Below, one piece after another: positions 1 to 7,234 of a stretch of 40,349 nt of DNA. The notes under the pieces were generated by a model that worked only from the letters and a program-made list of their open reading frames with translations, was not told where the DNA came from and ran no database searches. The position numbers were made by a program, and so were the translations under genes. The first letter of the stretch is position 1, and the number at the start of each line of letters is the position of its first letter. Where the stretch lies: positions 1-40,349 of IMG/VR virus record IMGVR_UViG_3300016722_000152; one strand, given 5' to 3'. The DNA comes from a virus. Lineage: Duplodnaviria > Caudoviricetes.

Positions 1-48
1 TAATCGAATAATAATATAAATTGTAAAAATTATTGTTATGAAAGTATG

Positions 49-77
49 TTTACAATATTTTCAATATGCAATATAAT
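49..77 (+). promoter_or_regulatory. SigA-type promoter for the repressor operon
   Basis: TTTACA(49-54)-17 nt-TATAAT(72-77). Confidence 0.7.
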
Positions 78-79
78 AG

Positions 80-99
80 AATTAGCAACTTAGCTTACA
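80..99. promoter_or_regulatory. Putative repressor operator (degenerate copy)
   Basis: AATTAGC-N6-GCTTACA resembles the perfect palindrome at 1585-1604 and lies over the expected transcription start. Confidence 0.55.
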
Positions 100-373
100 A
101 GCATACTGGTTAGTGCAAGTAGCTAAATTGTAATATAACAATAAATTCATTCAGAATCAACAAACATTTAATGATTAGAGTGATGAAGATTTTAAGATAA
201 GCCTAAAATTAGTGAAATGATTATAAAGTAATAAAAACGATTAAAAGTATGTGGTGAAGTAAGGGATAAAGAAGAAAATCACGATTGAGAATTTAAAGAA
301 TCGTTTAATGTGTAGATAATCAAAATAGATATAATAATTTAGAGTGAGTGTGAAGATTGAAGGATGAATAAAT

Positions 374-751
374 ATGAATAAGAATGTTGAACAAAGTTTT
401 GGTGAATTTATTGCTAGCAAAAGAGAAGAAAAAAAAATAACACTAAGAGAAATGGCCAGATTACTAAAGATTACTCCACCCTATTTGAGTGACATAGAAA
501 AAGATAGGCGTAATTCTCCAGATAAAGATAAGCTTGATGGAATAGCAGTTATACTTTCTCTAAGCGAGGAAGAGTGCAGATATATGTATGATTTAGCTGG
601 AAAGAAGAGAAATTCTATTTCTCCAGATTTACCAGAGTATATTATGAAAAGAGATTATGTACGTGCTGCATTAAGAAAGGCTATGGATCTAAACCTTGGA
701 GAGGAAGAGTGGAAAAAGTTTATAGAAGAACTTGAAGATAGAAAGGGGTAA
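374..751 (+). CDS. XRE-family HTH repressor (ImmR-like)
   Basis: N-terminal HTH (ITLREMARLLKITPPYLSDIEKDRR); directly upstream of an ImmA-like protease. Confidence 0.88.
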   Translation: MNKNVEQSFGEFIASKREEKKITLREMARLLKITPPYLSDIEKDRRNSPDKDKLDGIAVILSLSEEECRYMYDLAGKKRNSISPDLPEYIMKRDYVRAALRKAMDLNLGEEEWKKFIEELEDRKG

Positions 752-760
752 TTTTCATTC

Positions 761-1543
761 ATGTATAGTCCAGTCTTTCGCACCAAGTCAAACGGTGTAC
801 CTATTTTAAGCAAAATCGAAATTGATTGTATTGCAGAGAGGTGTCTCATGGATTTTTACCCAAAAGCATTAGAGGCACCTCAACCTATTGATGAAGACAG
901 ATTTTTAACAGAATATTTAGGATTGGATCAAGATTTTCAATATTTAACTCATTGTGGTTTATATCTTGGAATGATGGTTTTTGAAGATTCAAATAAAATA
1001 ATTGTATATAATAAAGAAACAAATAGAGCAGAATATATAAAGGTTAAAAAGGGAACTGTAATTATAGATAATACTTTATTAGAAGAAAAGCAAGAACATA
1101 GATATAGATTTACAGCGATTCATGAAGGTGCTCATTGGATACTTCATAAGCATAAATATTGCAAATCTACTGGACAAGTATTACTATTTAATATTTGTAA
1201 TGAAAATAATTTTAAATGTAGAGCAATTAATATTGATGGAAATTTTAAGCCTTTAGCAAAATGGACAGATGATGATACTATGGAATGGCAAGCAAATTAT
1301 TTTTCATCAGCTTTGTTGATGCCGAAATCAGTAATGTTAAAATTATGTACTGATAAACAAATAGTAGAAGAGCTTACTTATCAAAGCTTTTGGAATAACG
1401 ATGCCTATAATACTCTATTAATTGACAAAGTATCTGAAGTATTTAATGTATCAAAAAAAGCAGCTGGAGTAAGATTAAATAATTTATATTTATTTGAGAA
1501 TCCATTTGAGGATAATTTATATAGTACAAGTATTGCATTTTAA
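761..1543 (+). CDS. ImmA/IrrE-family zinc metallopeptidase (anti-repressor)
   Basis: RYRFTAIHEGAH (HExxH) and EWQANYFSSALLMP motifs. Confidence 0.9.
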   Translation: MYSPVFRTKSNGVPILSKIEIDCIAERCLMDFYPKALEAPQPIDEDRFLTEYLGLDQDFQYLTHCGLYLGMMVFEDSNKIIVYNKETNRAEYIKVKKGTVIIDNTLLEEKQEHRYRFTAIHEGAHWILHKHKYCKSTGQVLLFNICNENNFKCRAINIDGNFKPLAKWTDDDTMEWQANYFSSALLMPKSVMLKLCTDKQIVEELTYQSFWNNDAYNTLLIDKVSEVFNVSKKAAGVRLNNLYLFENPFEDNLYSTSIAF

Positions 1544-1576
1544 AATATAACAGCATTAACTTGCTGTTATATTTTT
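1544..1576 (+). terminator. Intrinsic terminator
   Basis: AATATAACAGCA-loop-TGCTGTTATATT followed by Ts, immediately after the stop codon. Confidence 0.8.
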
Positions 1577-1584
1577 AGATAATG

Positions 1585-1604
1585 TGTAAGCAAAAAAGCT
1601 TACA
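1585..1604. promoter_or_regulatory. Palindromic operator, probably for the XRE repressor
   Basis: TGTAAGC-AAAAAA-GCTTACA perfect inverted repeat, 8 nt upstream of a consensus -35. Confidence 0.65.
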
Positions 1605-1612
1605 AGTAGATA

Positions 1613-1641
1613 TTGACATGGGAACATATGTTCTGTAAAAT
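1613..1641 (+). promoter_or_regulatory. SigA early promoter with a Firmicutes LexA (SOS/Cheo) box in the spacer
   Basis: TTGACA(1613-1618)-17 nt-TAAAAT(1636-1641); GAACATATGTTC (GAAC-N4-GTTC) at 1622-1633. Confidence 0.82.
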
Positions 1642-1674
1642 TTAACTATAATTTGAAAATTGGAGATGGTATAA

Positions 1675-1830
1675 ATGAAAGAAAAAGTAATACACGTAAG
1701 TTGTCCAAGCTGTAGCAACAAAAGACTTTTTGATTTAGAAAGAGGTGCAATTGGACTGGTTTCAATAAAATGTCCTAAATGCAGAGCAGTAGTAGCAATT
1801 AAACTACAAAATACCAGAACACAAAAATAA
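1675..1830 (+). CDS. 51-aa zinc-ribbon protein, Mu Com-like (not in the ORF track)
   Basis: Manual translation MKEKVIHVSCPSCSNKRLFDLERGAIGLVSIKCPKCRAVVAIKLQNTRTQK; two CxxC pairs; GGAG RBS upstream. Confidence 0.82.
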   Translation: MKEKVIHVSCPSCSNKRLFDLERGAIGLVSIKCPKCRAVVAIKLQNTRTQK

Positions 1831-1908
1831 TGAACTAATAAGAATTTAAATCCTCTTAGTTCTAACATATTAACTACCGAGCAAGTGATCCTAATTAATA
1901 GAGATACC

Positions 1909-1961
1909 AAATGGCCGGAGTAAAGCTAGAAAATAATAGCTTACTCTGGTCATTTTTTTTT
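1909..1961 (+). terminator. Strong intrinsic terminator/attenuator in the early leader
   Basis: AAATGGCCGGAGTAAAGCTA pairs with TAGCTTACTCTGGTCATTT (G-U pairs, one bulge), ending in a T9 run. Confidence 0.8.
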
Positions 1962-1975
1962 GACCTCTTTTTAGC

Positions 1976-2024
1976 ATTTGCTGACTTTCTTCTAGCTTTA
2001 CAAGGCAAGAAGAAAGGAGCAAAT
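1976..2024 (+). promoter_or_regulatory. RBS-sequestering hairpin
   Basis: Nested stems ATTTGCT/AGCAAAT, CTTTCTTCT/AGAAGAAAG and GCTT/AGGC cover the AAGGAG RBS of the gene at 2029. Confidence 0.7.
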
Positions 2025-2028
2025 AAAA

Positions 2029-2424
2029 ATGAAAATATCATATGAATTTGTAACAGGAGAAATAGTAGAAATTGAGGTTCCAGAAAATATTACAAAGGTG
2101 TCAATAGAAATTGATAGAGATATTTATAACCATAATAGAAAAGAAACTAGGAGACATAATTCTATTGATTATATGGAAGATGCAGGACTTCAATTTGAAG
2201 ATAATAGTGTAGACATAGTATTGGATTTAGAACAAAAAGAAGTAATAGATGAAATAGAACAAGCCTTGGATATATTGTTACCAGAGCAGAAAGAATTGAT
2301 AGAAAAAGTATTTTATAAAAACATGAAAATAGTTGATATTGCAGCAGCTTCAGGAGTTACAGAAGCTGCTGTTAGAAATAGATTAAAAAAAATATATAAA
2401 AAATTGAAAAAAGTTTTAATTTAG
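2029..2424 (+). CDS. Sigma-70 region 4 domain transcription activator
   Basis: C-terminal LLPEQKELIEKVFYKNMKIVDIAAASGVTEAAVRNRLKKI HTH; no region 2 evident. Confidence 0.82.
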   Translation: MKISYEFVTGEIVEIEVPENITKVSIEIDRDIYNHNRKETRRHNSIDYMEDAGLQFEDNSVDIVLDLEQKEVIDEIEQALDILLPEQKELIEKVFYKNMKIVDIAAASGVTEAAVRNRLKKIYKKLKKVLI

Positions 2425-2494
2425 GGGGTTCGAATTGTTAAATCCCAAGGCTATATAGTGTAAGGCTTAATTAAAAAAGAAGGAGGTTAAATAT

Positions 2495-2626
2495 ATGCAA
2501 ACAATAAAAATTACAATAACAAGCCCAGCTCAGACAAATATTGTTCTTAAGGAATGCAAGCATGGAGGTAATGATGTTACTGATAAAATAGCAAAATTAT
2601 TAAAAGTAAAAAGGAAAGGAGAATGA
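2495..2626 (+). CDS. 43-aa hypothetical protein (not in the ORF track)
   Basis: AGGAGG RBS at 2481-2486; MQTIKITITSPAQTNIVLKECKHGGNDVTDKIAKLLKVKRKGE; stop lies 4 nt before the next gene. Confidence 0.6.
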   Translation: MQTIKITITSPAQTNIVLKECKHGGNDVTDKIAKLLKVKRKGE

Positions 2627-2630
2627 TAAA

Positions 2631-2915
2631 ATGTCAGATTTAATAAATGAAATAGTTAAAAATCTAAAGAAACTCGCAGATAATCTGGATGCATTATCAA
2701 AAGATTTAAAAGAAGTGCCAGAGGTATCGCAAACAAAAGAACCTAAAGAAGAAATTATAACACTTGAGCAAGTTAGAGCAGTTCTAGCAGATAAATCTCG
2801 AGAGGGAAAACAGGCTGAGGTAAAAGCACTTATTGTAAAGTATGGTGCAGATAAACTTACAGCTTTAGATCCAGCTTGCTACAAAGACTTATTGAAGGAA
2901 GCTGAAACTATATGA
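2631..2915 (+). CDS. Conserved phage replication-module hypothetical protein
   Basis: TLEQVRAVLADKSR...KYGADKL motif typical upstream of DUF2800; overlaps the next start. Confidence 0.75.
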   Translation: MSDLINEIVKNLKKLADNLDALSKDLKEVPEVSQTKEPKEEIITLEQVRAVLADKSREGKQAEVKALIVKYGADKLTALDPACYKDLLKEAETI

Positions 2916-4051
2916 GTAAGACATTACATGCCATATTATCAGCTTCAAGTTCTCATAGGTGGCTTACTTGTACTCCTGCGCCAAAACTTGAATCAACATT
3001 TAATGAAGAAACAAGTGTATTTGCAGCAGAAGGAACAGCAGCTCATGAATTAAGTGAGCATAAGCTTAGAAAGTTTTTAAAGATTAAGTCAAGGAAACCT
3101 AAAAGTGAGTTTCAATGTGATGAGATGGAAGAATACACAGATGTTTATGTTAATTTTGCAATTGAACTTATAACAAAGGTACGCCAAAGCTGCAAAGATT
3201 CTATTGTTCTTATAGAGCAAAGATTAGATTTTTCCAATTATGTACCTGAAGGTTTTGGAACAGGAGATTTAGTTATAGTAGCTGATAGAACTCTTTATAT
3301 TGTGGATTTAAAGTATGGTACAGGTGTAGCAGTATCAGCATATAAAAATCCTCAAATGATGTTATATGCATTAGGAGCACTTAATTTATTTGAAGCTCTT
3401 TATGATATAGAAGCAGTAAACATGACAATAGTACAACCAAGGTTAGAGTCAATATCAACTTATGAAATATCAGTAAATGAATTAACTACTTGGGCAGAAA
3501 CAGAATTAAAACCAAAAGCAGAGCTTGCAATTAATGGAGAAGGTGAATTTGTTCCAAGTGAACATTGTAGATTTTGCAAAGCTAGGACAACTTGTAGAGC
3601 AAGGGCAGATAGCTTTTTAGAACTTGCAAGATTTGAGTTTAAAATGCCAGATTTGCTTACAGATTCAGAAGTAGAAGATGTTTTAAGTTTAGCAGATCAA
3701 TTATCAAAATGGGCTGCAGATATTTATACTTATGCAACAGAAAAAGCAATAAATGAGGGAAAAGAGTGGATAGGTTATAAGTTAGTTGAAGGACGTTCAA
3801 ATAGGAAATATTCTGATGAATCAGCAGTAGTAGAAGCTGCTATAAATGCAGGATATACAGATATTTATAAAAAGACACTTTTAGGAATTACTGATATGGA
3901 AAAATTACTTGGTAAAAAGAACTTTGAAACAATACTTGGAAATCTTATCGAGAAGCCCAAAGGTAAGATTACATTAGTTTCAGAGAGTGATAAGAGAAAA
4001 TCAATAAAATTAGATAATACTGCAAAGGCAGATTTTAAGGAGGAGCTTTAA
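2912..4051 (+). CDS. DUF2800 Cas4-like PD-(D/E)xK exonuclease
   Basis: HAILSASSSHRWLTC, GTAAH, FGTGD..IVDLKYG, QMMLYALG, and C-terminal CRFC-x5-C. Confidence 0.88.
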   Translation: MSKTLHAILSASSSHRWLTCTPAPKLESTFNEETSVFAAEGTAAHELSEHKLRKFLKIKSRKPKSEFQCDEMEEYTDVYVNFAIELITKVRQSCKDSIVLIEQRLDFSNYVPEGFGTGDLVIVADRTLYIVDLKYGTGVAVSAYKNPQMMLYALGALNLFEALYDIEAVNMTIVQPRLESISTYEISVNELTTWAETELKPKAELAINGEGEFVPSEHCRFCKARTTCRARADSFLELARFEFKMPDLLTDSEVEDVLSLADQLSKWAADIYTYATEKAINEGKEWIGYKLVEGRSNRKYSDESAVVEAAINAGYTDIYKKTLLGITDMEKLLGKKNFETILGNLIEKPKGKITLVSESDKRKSIKLDNTAKADFKEEL

Positions 4052-4053
4052 TT

Positions 4054-4608
4054 ATGGGAACAAGCAATAACAAAAATCAAGGAACTAAGGTTGTAACAGG
4101 AATTGTACGATTCAGTTACGCAAATATATGGGAGCCAAAATCAATTAATGGTAGTGATGAAAAATATTCTGTATCTCTTATCATTTCAAAGGATGATAAA
4201 GAAACCGTGGATGCAATTAATAAAGCAGTTGAACAAGCTAAGAAAGATGGCATATCAAAATTTGGCGGTAAGATACCAGCTAATTTAAAACTTCCACTTC
4301 GTGATGGAGATGTTGAAAGATCAGACGATGAGGCTTATAAAAACAGTTACTTTATTAATGCCAATAGTAAGGATAGACCTCAAATTGTAGATAAAGCTGT
4401 GAGACCTGTATTGGATCAAAGTGAAGTATATTCAGGCTGCTATGGTAGAGCATCAATTACCTTTTATGCATTTAATAGCAATGGGAATAAAGGTATAGCT
4501 TGTGGTCTAGGAAATCTTCAAAAGATAAAAGATGGAGAAGCATTAAGTGGGCGTTCAAATGCAAGTGATGATTTTACAACTGAAGAAGATGATGATTTCT
4601 TAAGCTAA
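4054..4608 (+). CDS. DUF2815 single-stranded DNA-binding protein (T7 gp2.5-like)
   Basis: VRFSYANIWEP, PLRDGD, VYSGCYGR motifs; acidic tail EEDDDFLS. Confidence 0.88.
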   Translation: MGTSNNKNQGTKVVTGIVRFSYANIWEPKSINGSDEKYSVSLIISKDDKETVDAINKAVEQAKKDGISKFGGKIPANLKLPLRDGDVERSDDEAYKNSYFINANSKDRPQIVDKAVRPVLDQSEVYSGCYGRASITFYAFNSNGNKGIACGLGNLQKIKDGEALSGRSNASDDFTTEEDDDFLS

Positions 4609-4616
4609 AAAATCTA

Positions 4617-4644
4617 AAGGTAGTGGGTTTAAAACCACTACCTT
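4617..4644 (+). terminator. Hairpin between SSB and polymerase genes (weak terminator or mRNA stabiliser)
   Basis: AAGGTAGTGG-8 nt-CCACTACCTT; poor U tract. Confidence 0.5.
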
Positions 4645-4673
4645 CTAAAAAATATATATGGAGGAACTTAAGA

Positions 4674-6608
4674 ATGGAATTAAGTTTGGATATTGAGACA
4701 TTTTCTAGTGTGGATTTAGTGAAGTGTGGAGTTTATGCATATACAAATTCTAATGATTTTGAAATCTTATTATTTGCATACAGTATTGATGATGCAGAAA
4801 CAAAAATTATTGATTTAGCTTCTGGAGAGAAGTTGCCAAAAGAAATAGTAGAAGGATTAGAAGATGATAATGTTATAAAAACAGCCTTTAATGCTAATTT
4901 TGAAAGAACTTGTTTATCTAAACATCTTAATAGTTATTTAGAACCTAAAGCATGGAGATGTACAGCAGTTCAAGCTGCAATGCTAGGACTTCCTTTGTCA
5001 CTTGCAGGTGTTGGTGCAGTTCTTGGATTGGAAAAACAAAAAATGAATGAAGGTAAAGAATTAATAAGATATTTTTGTATGCCTTGTAATCCTACTAAAA
5101 CCAATAATATGAGAACTAGAAACTTACCAATTTATGCACAAGATAAATGGGAATTATTTAAAACTTACTGCAAAAGAGATGTAATTGTGGAAAAAGCTAT
5201 AAAAGTAAAAATTGCAAAATATCCAATACCAGAAAAAGAGCAAGCGTATTATGAGCTGGATCAGAAGATAAATGATAAGGGAATATTTATTGATGAAAAG
5301 TTAGTAAAACAAGCAATCAAATGTGACAGTATTTTAAAAGAAGAAAATACAATAAAGGCTCAAAATATAACAGGTTTAGATAATCCCAATTCAGTAGCAC
5401 AACTAAAAGTTTGGCTAATTGAAAATGGAATAGCAGTAGAAAGTCTTTCAAAGAAAGCTGTCAGTGACCTTGCAAAAGATAGTGATGGAGAAGTAGAAGC
5501 ACTTTTAAAACTAAGAATGGAAATGGCAAAAACATCAATAAAGAAATATGAAGCAATAGAAAGATCTGTTTGTCGTGATGGTAGAGTAAGAGGATTATTT
5601 CAATTTTATGGTGCAAACAGAACTGCTAGATGGGCAGGCAGGCTCGTGCAGGTTCAAAACCTCCCTCAAAATCATATACCAGATTTAACACTTGCAAGAA
5701 ATTTAGTTAAAGAAGGAAGATTTGATGAACTTCAATTATTTTATAGCAGCGTATCAAATATTCTTTCGGAGCTTATAAGAACAGCCTTTATTCCAAGGGT
5801 TAACAACAGATTTATAGTAGCTGACTTTAGTGCAATAGAAGCTAGAGTAATTGCATGGCTTGCAGGTGAAAAGTGGCGTATGGACGTATTTGCAACTCAT
5901 GGAAAAATATATGAAGCAAGTGCAAGTCAGATGTTTCATGTACCTATAGAAACAATAACTAAAACATCGCCGCTTAGGCAAAAAGGTAAGATTTCAGAAT
6001 TGGCCCTTGGTTATGGTGGTTCAATTGGAGCGCTTACATCTATGGGAGCGATAGAGATGGGAGTAAAGGAAGAAGAATTAAAACCCTTAGTCACAGCTTG
6101 GAGAAATGCTAATCCTAATATTGTTTCATTATGGTGGGAAGTTGATAGAGCTGCAATAAAAGCAGTAAAAGAAAGAACTGAAACGCAGGTTAAAAATATT
6201 AAATTCAAATACCAAAGTGGAATTCTATTTATTACACTTCCATCTGGCAGAAAATTATCTTATATAAAGCCAAGAATTCAATTAAATAAATTTGATAGAG
6301 AAGGCATTACTTATGAAGGAATTGGAGCAACTAAGAAGTGGGAGAGAATAAATACTTATGGACCAAAGCTTGTGGAGAATATAGTACAGGCTATAGCACG
6401 TGATTTATTAGCAGAAGCAATGCTCGGATTAGATAAAGCAGGATATGAAATTGTTATGCATATTCATGATGAAGTGGTTATTGAAGCACCTATTAATAAA
6501 GGATCTTTAAAAGAAGTGTGTGACATTATGGGAGTTACTCCTAAGTGGTCAAGAGGTTTGCCGCTTAGGGCGGATGGTTATGAATGTGATTATTATAAGA
6601 AAGATTAA
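4674..6608 (+). CDS. Phage DNA polymerase, family A
   Basis: Exo I LDIETFS; motif A ADFSAIEAR; motif B RQKGKISELALGYG; motif C HIHDE. Start moved to the ATG after the GGAGG RBS. Confidence 0.94.
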   Translation: MELSLDIETFSSVDLVKCGVYAYTNSNDFEILLFAYSIDDAETKIIDLASGEKLPKEIVEGLEDDNVIKTAFNANFERTCLSKHLNSYLEPKAWRCTAVQAAMLGLPLSLAGVGAVLGLEKQKMNEGKELIRYFCMPCNPTKTNNMRTRNLPIYAQDKWELFKTYCKRDVIVEKAIKVKIAKYPIPEKEQAYYELDQKINDKGIFIDEKLVKQAIKCDSILKEENTIKAQNITGLDNPNSVAQLKVWLIENGIAVESLSKKAVSDLAKDSDGEVEALLKLRMEMAKTSIKKYEAIERSVCRDGRVRGLFQFYGANRTARWAGRLVQVQNLPQNHIPDLTLARNLVKEGRFDELQLFYSSVSNILSELIRTAFIPRVNNRFIVADFSAIEARVIAWLAGEKWRMDVFATHGKIYEASASQMFHVPIETITKTSPLRQKGKISELALGYGGSIGALTSMGAIEMGVKEEELKPLVTAWRNANPNIVSLWWEVDRAAIKAVKERTETQVKNIKFKYQSGILFITLPSGRKLSYIKPRIQLNKFDREGITYEGIGATKKWERINTYGPKLVENIVQAIARDLLAEAMLGLDKAGYEIVMHIHDEVVIEAPINKGSLKEVCDIMGVTPKWSRGLPLRADGYECDYYKKD

Positions 6609-6626
6609 AAAGGGGGAACAGACACT

Positions 6627-7187
6627 ATGGTCAGTAATGAAGAAGTATTTATATCTGGAGATATAGAAAATTTATATATTAGAAATAAACATCTTATGTT
6701 TCATATAGCTAATAAATTCTTAAACATTCAATTAGACTATGATGATTTAATTGGATGCGGAGATTTAGCATTTGTTAAAGCTATTAAAAGTTTTGATCCT
6801 CATAAGAGTAAATGGGCAACTTTTTTTAGCAAGATAATGATAAATGAAATATTGATGATAAATCGTAAGAAAAATAGGTATGTACAGACAATATCTATAG
6901 AAACAGTTATTTTTGAGGATAGTGATAATAACGTATTAACAATTCAAGATGTAGTTGCTGCACCAAAAAATACTATGGATGAAGTAATTAACTTAATTGT
7001 CACAGAAGAAATTTTAATGATAGCTAAAAAGTTATCACCAAGAAAACGTGAAATATTTAGATTATACTTGCTTGGAATAAAGCAAATAGATATTGGTCAA
7101 ATACTTAATTTAAGTCAATCTTATGTTGCTAGGCTAATTAAAAATATATGTTTAGAGTTAAAAATAAATTATGAAAAAGGTGCTTAA
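6627..7187 (+). CDS. Sigma-70 family sigma factor resembling sporulation SigE/SigK
   Basis: Region 2 DDLIGCGDLAFVKAIKSFDPHKSKWATFFSKIMINEILM; region 4 QIDIGQILNLSQSYVARL. Confidence 0.82.
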   Translation: MVSNEEVFISGDIENLYIRNKHLMFHIANKFLNIQLDYDDLIGCGDLAFVKAIKSFDPHKSKWATFFSKIMINEILMINRKKNRYVQTISIETVIFEDSDNNVLTIQDVVAAPKNTMDEVINLIVTEEILMIAKKLSPRKREIFRLYLLGIKQIDIGQILNLSQSYVARLIKNICLELKINYEKGA

Positions 7188-7234
7188 TTATAAAGCATTA
7201 TTTCAGGATGCGAGATCAAGGAGAGTGATTAAAA

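Noticed and set aside
1575-1910. 111-aa minus-strand ORF
   Set aside because: It is the antisense shadow of the promoter and the + strand zinc-ribbon ORF, which has the RBS and motif support.
2912-4051. Cas4-like nuclease as a sign of CRISPR
   Set aside because: No repeat-spacer array or other cas gene was seen. DUF2800 is a normal part of this replication module.
4623-4673. Longer N-terminus of the polymerase as given in the ORF track
   Set aside because: It starts inside a hairpin with no RBS, whereas the ATG at 4674 follows GGAGG. Similar start corrections were made for several other genes.
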